Of a stretch of 64,000 nucleotides of DNA, positions 54,220 through 64,000 are shown one piece after another (position 1 is the first letter of the stretch; each line of letters opens with the position of its first letter). Origin of the DNA: Eledone cirrhosa (lineage: Eukaryota); contig OZ024763.1 in the NCBI GenBank assembly GCA_964016885.1, forward strand, positions 248,001-312,000, written 5' to 3'. The translations under genes were made by a program, and so were the position numbers. Below the pieces are notes generated by a model, which was given only the letters and a program-made list of their open reading frames with translations, ran no database searches and was not told the DNA's origin.

Positions 54220-55069
54220 TATGATGATGGTGATGATGGGTATGTTGATGATGGGTATGTTGATGATAATGGTGAGGATGACGTTGGATGTGATAATGGT
54301 GATGGTGATGATGATGATGATGGTGATGGTTATGGTGATGTTGATGGTGGATGTGATGATGATGGTGATGGTTATGGTGGATGTGATAATGGTGATGGTT
54401 ATGGTGATGTTGATGGGTATAGTTATGGTGGATGTGATAATGGTGCTGGTGATGTTGATGGTGATGGTTATGGTGACGTTGGATGTGATAATGGTGATGT
54501 TGATGGTGATGGTTATTGTGGATGTGATAATGGTGATGTTGATGGTGATGGTTATGGTGGATGTGATAATGGTGATGTTGATGGTGATGGTTATGGTGGA
54601 TGTGATAATGGTGATGTTGATGGTGATGGTTATGGTGGATGTGATAATGGTGATGTTGATGGTGATGGTTATGGTGGATGTGATAATGGTGATGTTGATG
54701 GTGATGGTTATGGTGGATGTGATAATGGTGCTGGTGATGTTGATGGTGATGGTTATGGTGACGTTGGATGTGATAATGGTGATGGTGATGTTGATGGTTA
54801 TGGTGGATGTGATAATGGTGATGGTGACGTTGGATGTGATAATGGTGATGTTGATGGTGATGGTTATGGTGGATGTGATAATGGTGATGTTGATGGTGAT
54901 GGTGACGGTGACGGTGGATGTGATAATGGTGCTGGTGATGTTGATGATGATGTTGATGATGATGGTGGATATGATAATGGTGGCGGTGATGATGATGATG
55001 ATGATGATGGTGATGACGGTGGATGTGGTAAAGATGATGTTGATGATGATGATGTCTATGTTGATGGAT

Positions 55070-55102
<33 letters not shown>
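54220..55102. repeat. (GAT/GGT)n array with a 39-bp higher-order unit
   Basis: 'gatgtgataatggtgatgttgatggtgatggttatggtg' repeated. Confidence 0.9.
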
Positions 55103-55105
<3 letters not shown>

Positions 55106-55331
55106 CTAAACCCTACACTGGAATCTACCCAATTAATAATGATAATTATATTTGCACAGCAAAAATTTCAATCACTCTCAATTATCTCCCTTGTGGATAT
55201 TATCACTTTCTCTGCTAATAATGATAATAATATTAATAATGATATATATAGTGATAGATTATATATATATAATGTATATGTGTATGTGTATATATTATAT
55301 ATATATACATGTATATATATGTATATATATA

Positions 55332-55375
<44 letters not shown>

Positions 55376-55451
55376 ATGTATATATAATTTATATATATAT
55401 ATGTATGTATATATAATTTATATATATATGTATGTATATATAATTTATATA

Positions 55452-55491
<40 letters not shown>

Positions 55492-55643
55492 TATATAAAG
55501 TATATATACTTTATACATATAAATTATATATATAAAGTATATATACTTTATACATATAAATTATATATATATATATATACACACTTTATACACATAAATT
55601 ATATATATATATATATATACACACTTTATATATATAATTATAA

Positions 55644-55692
<49 letters not shown>

Positions 55693-55696
55693 ATGT

Positions 55697-55730
<34 letters not shown>

Positions 55731-56009
55731 TTGGATAGATGTATATCTACAAATATGTGTGTGTATATATACATATGTATGTGTGTATATATATATATAT
55801 ATATATTCCCGTATGAGCAAGGCATGGTCAGCCAACCGGCTACTGCCCACAACAGGATAACCCATCTAACCAATGCTAGCATGGAAGAACGGACGTAAAA
55901 CGGTGATGATGATGATATATATATATATAAGCGGACGTAAAATGAAATGACGATGAAATGAATATATATATATACACACGTATATTTGGATATATGTATA
56001 TCTACAAAT

Positions 56010-57545
56010 ATACTAGGTGTAGATGAATGGCTTGTGAGAGCTATACAAGCCATGTATAAAGAAACAGTCGGCAAGGTTAGAATTAACAACGAATATAGTG
56101 AAGAGTTTAGCGTAAAAGTTGGCGTCCATCAGGGCTCCGTCCTTAGCCCCCTCCTATTTATTATCGCCCTCCAAGCTATAATGGAGGAGTTCAAGACCGG
56201 CTGCCCATGGGAACTCCTATACGCAGATGATCTAACACTCATAGCTGAATCAATGGCTGAACTAGAGAAGAAATTCCAAACATGGAAGCATGGCCTAGAA
56301 TCAAAAGGCCTTAAAGTTAACTTGTTTAAGACTAAAGTCCTAATATGTAGGAAGGAGAATAGGGCACTGGTCCCATCTGGGAAATGGCCATGCTCAGTGT
56401 GTAGGAAAGGCGTAGGTAGAAACTCCATTTTATGTCCCAAATGCAAAGTATGGGTGCATAAAAGATGTAGTGGGATCACAGGTAAGCTAACTAAGAATAT
56501 AGATTTTATATGTGGCCGGTGCTCTGGTGCAATAAGTAGCAGCAAATGCCCACAGAATACTAGCTCATTCCATTGCCCAGATGGTTCTATAGAAATAGTG
56601 GACACCTTCCGTTACCTGGGTGACAAAATCAGCAGTGGTGGAGGGTGCTCTGAAAGTACTGTAGCTAGCGTCCGAACGGGATGGAAAAAGTTCAGAGAAC
56701 TTATACCACTATTGGCCGCTAAAGGTTTCTCTCTAAAAATAAAAGGCAGGCTGTATGATGCCTGCATACGAACAGTGATGTTACATGGCAGTGAGACATG
56801 GGCCTTGTGTGCAGAGGATCTACGCAGACTGGAGAGGAACGAAGCTTGCATGTGTAATAGTAATATACGTGCAAAGCATAAATGAACTAAGTGAGAAATT
56901 AGGAATAAGAGGGATCAGATGCTGTTTACTCGAGAGAAGACTACGTTGGTATGGTCACGTGATGCGCATGAAAAATGACAGCTGTATAAAAAAGTGCAGG
57001 GCGATCAAAATAGACGGTAGCCACGGAATAGGCAGACCCAGAAAAACCTCGGACGACTTGATAAAATCCGACCTCACACACTTACACCTCTCCAAGACAA
57101 TGTCACTGGACCGAGATCTTTGGCGCTACACAGTAATACAGAAGACCCGCCTTGCCTAGGTACAAAGTGAAACCTACAGTCAGTAGGCACCTCTTAACCA
57201 AAATACACCCCGTCCGACTAACCCTACTCCCACCCCATACACACCACCCCTTTCGATGTAAAGCTATGTTGGTACCACAACATCCAATCCTAAATAAATG
57301 AGGTCGTGTAGGTGTCACGACAAAAAAACACACAGTCCACGCTGTAATGTGGCCATGTAGGTAACACGGTAAAAACCTCCGAGTTCCACACTGTAAATGT
57401 GGTTGGTGTTGGGAAGGGCATCCAGCTGTAGAAAACCCGCCAGACAGTCCTATGCGAGCAAGAGAACCAATCTTGCCTCAAGTGGGACAATTCCCGTCCA
57501 GACCCATGCTAGCGTGGAAGATGTACGTTAAACGATGATGATGAT
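56010..57545 (+). mobile_element. 5'-truncated RTE-clade LINE (RT C-terminal half, Cys-rich insert, 3' UTR, (TGA)n tail), frameshifted
   Basis: [13 protein letters not shown] and LLYADDL RT motifs; FRYLG; HGSETW; RRLRWYGHVMR and GRPRKT in a second frame; stop at 57159. Confidence 0.95.
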
Positions 57546-57657
57546 ATGTGTGTATATATACATATGTATGTATATAAATATATATATATATATATCATCA
57601 TCATATATATGTATATATATAATCATCATCATCATCATATATCATCATCATCATATC

Positions 57658-57688
<31 letters not shown>

Positions 57689-57768
57689 CATCATCATATA
57701 TATGTATATATATATATATATATCATCGTCATCATATATATGTATATATAATCATCATCATCATCATA

Positions 57769-57829
<61 letters not shown>

Positions 57830-58160
57830 TCATCATCATATATATGTATATATATATACATATATACATAAATGATATATGTGTAATATAAAACCAAGGG
57901 CTCGCATTACACTGATTAATTACCAATTCCGTTATGATTATCTACAGAGTTCGTTAATTAAAAAAAGCTTTTTTCTTAATTATTTTACACTAAAACAGAG
58001 AAACAAAAACAAAAAGCATTCCCCACCCCCACAAAAAAACTACTAATGTTGTTACTACTCCACTTCCTTGTAGAGGCTTCTTAAAATATCGTTTACTTGT
58101 GTGTTTGTTTGTGGCTATGTGTGTATATTTGTGTGTGTGTGTAAATATATGTGTTTATGA

Positions 58161-58192
<32 letters not shown>

Positions 58193-58195
58193 GTG

Positions 58196-58256
<61 letters not shown>

Positions 58257-58299
58257 GTATATATGTATATATGTATATATATGTATGTATATATATATG

Positions 58300-58332
<33 letters not shown>

Positions 58333-58377
58333 GTATATATATATGTATATATATATATGTATATATATATGTATATA

Positions 58378-58422
<45 letters not shown>

Positions 58423-58449
58423 GTATATATATATATGTATATATATATG

Positions 58450-58504
<55 letters not shown>

Positions 58505-58567
58505 GTATATATATATATATGTATATATATGTATATATATATATATGTATATATATGTATATATATG

Positions 58568-58630
<63 letters not shown>

Positions 58631-58689
58631 GTTTGTGCGTGTTTATGAATATATATATGTAAATAAATATGTGTTTATGAATATATATA

Positions 58690-58723
<34 letters not shown>

Positions 58724-58754
58724 CACATATGATACAGCGGATGTAAAATGATGA

Positions 58755-58788
<34 letters not shown>

Positions 58789-58869
58789 GGTATGTATATA
58801 TATATGTGTATATATAAGTATGTATGTATATATATATATATATGTATATAGATGTATATGAATATATAA

Positions 58870-59040
58870 ATATGGTTGGTGTTAGGAAGGGCATTCATCT
58901 GTAAAAAGAAACTGTCACAGATACTTCCGTGCGAGCGAGACATGTTCTCCTGCCCGTTCTCGCATCAAATGGAACAAAACCGTCTAACCCATGCTAGCGT
59001 GGAAGATGGACGTTAAACGAAGATGATGATGATGATGATA
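58870..59040 (+). mobile_element. RTE-like LINE 3' end
   Basis: 'ggttggtgttaggaagggcat...cccatgctagcgtggaagatggacgttaaacg(atg)n'. Confidence 0.8.
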
Positions 59041-59180
59041 TATATATACATATATATATATATAGGTACAAGTATGACTCCGATGGCATAGCTCAAGCCG
59101 TTTCGACGGCTAATTCTGGACTAATTCTTGAGTACTTTGGTGCGTTATGGTCCATCTGGTTCCTTACCACATTTCCTTCG

Positions 59181-59227
<47 letters not shown>

Positions 59228-59310
59228 GAAGTTCTATTTAAATTGTTGGGATACAACAAGCAAATATTTTATAACTGATATAAAGCACTCAACAAATTAT
59301 TGGAGTAAAA

Positions 59311-59625
59311 ATACGATATATTAACAAATGGAAACTATATTTATAAAACCATATTTATTTCATTATACATATTTCAAGGACACCAAGTTAAATTATAGTG
59401 TACTTTCATCAGATAAAATATAATATAGAGCAGTTTTATAAATAAATATTGACATACCTTTAAAGAATGCGACCTTTTCTGTTGGAAGCTCCTTTATTTA
59501 TAAAACTGCTCTATATTATATTTTATTTGATGAAAGCACACCATAATTTAACTTGGTGTCCTTGAAATATGTATAGTGAAATAAATATGGTTTTATAAAT
59601 ATAGTTTCCATTTGTTAATATATCG

Positions 59626-59628
<3 letters not shown>
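59311..59628. repeat. ~136-bp inverted repeat with hammerhead motifs (same family as 49312)
   Basis: Arms 59311-59446 and 59493-59628. Confidence 0.9.
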
Positions 59629-59716
<88 letters not shown>

Positions 59717-59808
59717 GTGTGTGTGTATTATAATTATCATCATCATTTAATGTACATTTACTCTGCTACCAAGGATTTATGTGTATGAGTGTGTGTGTGT
59801 GTGTGAAT

Positions 59809-59864
<56 letters not shown>

Positions 59865-59952
59865 TCATTTAGCTCCTCAAGTTACAGTATAATATCCATT
59901 AATATAAATTACATATATAACCAGCAAATTAAATTATGTGCGTGTGTATCTA

Positions 59953-60061
<109 letters not shown>

Positions 60062-60112
60062 CATCACGATCATTGTTTAATGTCTATTTTCCTGGTAGCA
60101 AGTGTTGGACAT

Positions 60113-60143
<31 letters not shown>

Positions 60144-60151
60144 AAAATATG

Positions 60152-60200
<49 letters not shown>

Positions 60201-60208
60201 ACGTGTAC

Positions 60209-60241
<33 letters not shown>

Positions 60242-60253
60242 CATACATATATT

Positions 60254-60383
<130 letters not shown>

Positions 60384-60444
60384 CATACATATATATACAT
60401 ATACATACATATATATATACATACATATATATACATATACATAC

Positions 60445-60503
<59 letters not shown>

Positions 60504-60572
60504 CATATATATATATATATATATACATACATATATATATATATATATATACATACATATATATATATATAT

Positions 60573-60622
<50 letters not shown>

Positions 60623-60656
60623 ATATATATATATATATACATACATATATATATAT

Positions 60657-60689
<33 letters not shown>

Positions 60690-60712
60690 CATACATATAT
60701 ATATATATATAT

Positions 60713-60760
<48 letters not shown>

Positions 60761-60910
60761 ATATATATATACACACATATACATACACACACACAGATAA
60801 CTCTATTATTATCTTAATCATAAGCCATCTCCACCCTGTAACCATCAACACTAATGTAATTCCAAAGCTATAAAACCTCATGGAATCATCATCTACGTTT
60901 CCTTACATCC

Positions 60911-60971
60911 CGCATGCAAACATCCCCACATGCAAACATCCCCACATGCAAACATCCCCACATGCAAACAT
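60911..60971. repeat. 16-bp tandem repeat, about 3.6 copies
   Basis: 'catgcaaacatcccca'. Confidence 0.9.
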
Positions 60972-61133
60972 GTAGCAATAATTCTCTGCTAATATTTTCA
61001 TGTGTTCATGTTGATGTTCCGCGCATTTCGTCTTCAATTGATTCATGTAATTCCAAAAAGGTAATTACTGTTACTTCCAGCTGTTCCTCCTCACTCCCTC
61101 TTAAACAATATATCTTTGTTTACGTATGTGTGT

Positions 61134-61170
<37 letters not shown>

Positions 61171-61256
61171 TGTGTGTGTGTGTTCATATTTATATGTTTT
61201 TATATTTATATGTATGTATATTTATTTATATTTATATATTTATATATTTATATATT

Positions 61257-61323
<67 letters not shown>

Positions 61324-61536
61324 ATGTATATATATATATATATAAAAATATATTTATATATATATAAATATATTTATATATATATATAAATATATTTATA
61401 TATATATATATATAAATATATAAATATAAATTTAATTATAAATATAAACATATATTATTTATATATATATAAATATATATATATATAAATATATTTATAT
61501 ATATATATATATAAATATATTTATATATATATATAA

Positions 61537-61573
<37 letters not shown>

Positions 61574-61697
61574 AATATAAATTTAATTATAAATATAAAC
61601 ATATATTATTTATATATATATAAATATATATATATATATAAATATATATATATATAAATAAATATATGTATGTGTGTATATACACACACAGACACAC

Positions 61698-61728
<31 letters not shown>

Positions 61729-62272
61729 GTGTGTGTGTACATACACACACATACACACAGATATATATATATACATATATATATATAAAATAAAATATGT
61801 AACCTAACCTTGCATTAATCATGTGAAATGGTATACAAGAAACCAAACTAGATATTCTTATAATTCTTTTATTCTACGATTTCATTATTCTTATCTGTTA
61901 TAGAAACTATTATTGTATTATTCTCATCTGTTATTCAAACTATTATTCTATTAATCTGGTAAACTATACTGAGCACGCATAATAATGCAGAAATGATATT
62001 GTCTGTTGATACAACAGTAAGCAGTTTTTTAAAGTTTTCTTTTGTATCTTACATGATAAAGCGGGGGTTAGTTTAGCGGGACCCATAACAGGCTTCATAC
62101 ACAACCATCATAGGGTCTTTTTGAAATGTTTTACAGCTGGGTCCTCTTTTTGACACAGACCTTATTTGTCACCCTTTCGTATTACATGCAGGGGTTTGAT
62201 TTAGGGTCACAACGTATCAATTATAATCTTAATACACACAAACATGTATGTAAATAGAAGTTATGAAATAAT

Positions 62273-62502
62273 TTAACCCTTTAGCATTTAAACCAGTCAT
62301 AATCCGGCCACAATTGTCTCACCTCTTTCTGTTCAAACTGGCCATAACTGGCTGCTCATACTGATGTTAAGGTATTGCTCGCAAAATAAATAATGTCAAA
62401 ATCTCATAGATTCGATATTATGTGAGATAATTATGTGAGATAAAGCCTTTACCATGAAAATATAATAGTAAATATAGAGTAATGTGAATGCTAAAGGGTT
62501 AA
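62273..62502 (+). mobile_element. piggyBac-type MITE, unexpanded (222 bp plus TTAA on both sides)
   Basis: TTAA-CCCTTTAGCATT ... AATGCTAAAGGG-TTAA, perfect 12-bp terminal inverted repeats. Confidence 0.9.
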
Positions 62503-62578
62503 AACTGACCCTTCACTTCAACACAGTTCTGTCTTCAAAATTTTATATCTATATATAGATATATAGATATAAAATTTT

Positions 62579-62617
<39 letters not shown>

Positions 62618-62634
62618 GAACGATCGACTTTCGT

Positions 62635-62835
62635 CAAATCGGACCGAGGGAACAATGTTTCCGTTGGTCTTTCCAATTGCTAATACTATCTATCGGTCGC
62701 AACTCCAGGTAGAAGGAGCAACGTGAAATAAAGTGTCTTGCTCAAGGACATAACGCATCGCCTGGTTCAGGAATCGAACTCACAACCTTACGATTGCGAA
62801 TCCAATTCTCTAACCACTCAGCCACATGCCTTCAC
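62635..62835 (-). mobile_element. CORE-like tRNA SINE, second subfamily with a different 3' part
   Basis: tRNA head and core as in family A but a different body. Second copy at 63385-63590. Confidence 0.8.
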
Positions 62836-62924
62836 ATAATTTAACTTGGTGTCCTTGAAATATGTATAATGAAATAAATATGGTTTTATAAATATAGTTT
62901 CCATTTGTTAATATCGTATATATA

Positions 62925-63270
62925 TCATTCATCATTCATTTCATTTTACGTCCGCTTTTTCCCTGCTTGCAAGGGTGGGGGGACGGGAACTGATTCTGGC
63001 TTGATTTCTACAGCTGGATGCCCTTCCTAACACCAACCTCATTTACAGTGAGTGCTGGGTGGTTTTTGTCGTGGCACCTCCACGACCACTTTGCAGTGGA
63101 ATGATATGGACCCCAGTCCCTATCATCTCATTTCTACAGCTGAGTAAACTGGAGCAATGTGAAATAAAGTGTCTTGCTCAAGGAAACAACACATCACCCG
63201 GTCTGAGAATTGAACTCACAACCTTTTGATTGCAAGGCCAATGCTCTAACCACTAAGCCATGTGCCTCCA
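62925..63270 (-). mobile_element. CORE-like SINE family A, full length
   Basis: Reverse complement of 2183-2540. Confidence 0.9.
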
Positions 63271-63273
63271 TTT

Positions 63274-63308
<35 letters not shown>

Positions 63309-63384
63309 ATATCAAATATACACATGGCTCTCAATCAACAAGATCCCAGACCTCATTCCCTTACCGCGTGGGGTGGACCTCATC

Positions 63385-63590
63385 ATATCGGACCAAGGAA
63401 ACAATGTTTCCATTGGTCTTTCCAATTGCTGACACTATCTACTATCTACCGGTCACAACTCCTGGCAGAAGGAGCAACATGAAGTAAAGAGTCTTGCTCA
63501 AGGACATAACACATTGCCTGGTCTGGGAATTGAACTCACAACCTCATGATTTGAAATCCAATTCTCTAACTACTAAACTATGTCTCTTCC
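63385..63590 (-). mobile_element. CORE-like SINE, second subfamily
   Basis: Aligns with 62635-62835. Confidence 0.75.
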
Positions 63591-63591
63591 T

Positions 63592-64000
63592 AATGATGAT
63601 GATGATGATGATGATGATGACGAAGTGTCGATGATTATGACAATGATGTTGAGGTTGATGACAGAAATGATGATGATGATGATGATGATAATGATCATGA
63701 TTATGGTGATGATGATGATGATGATGATCATGGTGATGATGGTGATGATGATGATGATCATGGTGATGATGATGATGATCATGGTGATGATGATCATGGT
63801 GGTGATGGTGATGATGATGATGATAATGATCATGGTGATGATGATGATCATGGTGATGATGATGATGATCATGGTGGTGGTGATGATGATAATGATCATG
63901 GTGATGATGATGATGATGATCATCATCATGGTGATGATGATGATGATGATCATGGTGGTGATGGTGATGATGATAATGATCATGGTGATGATGATGATGG
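63592..64000. repeat. (GAT)n array with 'gatcatggt' anchors
   Basis: Seen directly in the sequence. Confidence 0.95.

Overview
Repeat-saturated, AT-rich eukaryotic DNA (intergenic or intronic) with no convincing host protein-coding gene. Almost all ORFs in the track are translations of microsatellites or minisatellites. The repeat landscape resembles a mollusc, probably an octopod cephalopod; this is inference. Recognisable content: a 5'-truncated RTE-clade LINE (about 56.0-57.5 kb) and scattered LINE 3' ends; a stack of L1/Tx1-like 3' fragments in a (GATA/GGTA)n tract; two abundant tRNA-derived SINE families, one CORE-like with an RTE-type tail; and many tandem arrays. Two observations stand out. 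First, there are more than ten minimal type-I hammerhead ribozyme motifs from several unrelated sequence families (CTGANGA / stem II / GAAA / palindromic stem III / closing stem I), Penelope-like and often in fold-back inverted repeats. Second, a TTAA-flanked piggyBac-type MITE occurs once unexpanded (222 bp) and twice inflated by internal 44-, 54- and 72-bp tandem arrays. All alignments were made by eye, so repeat boundaries are approximate.
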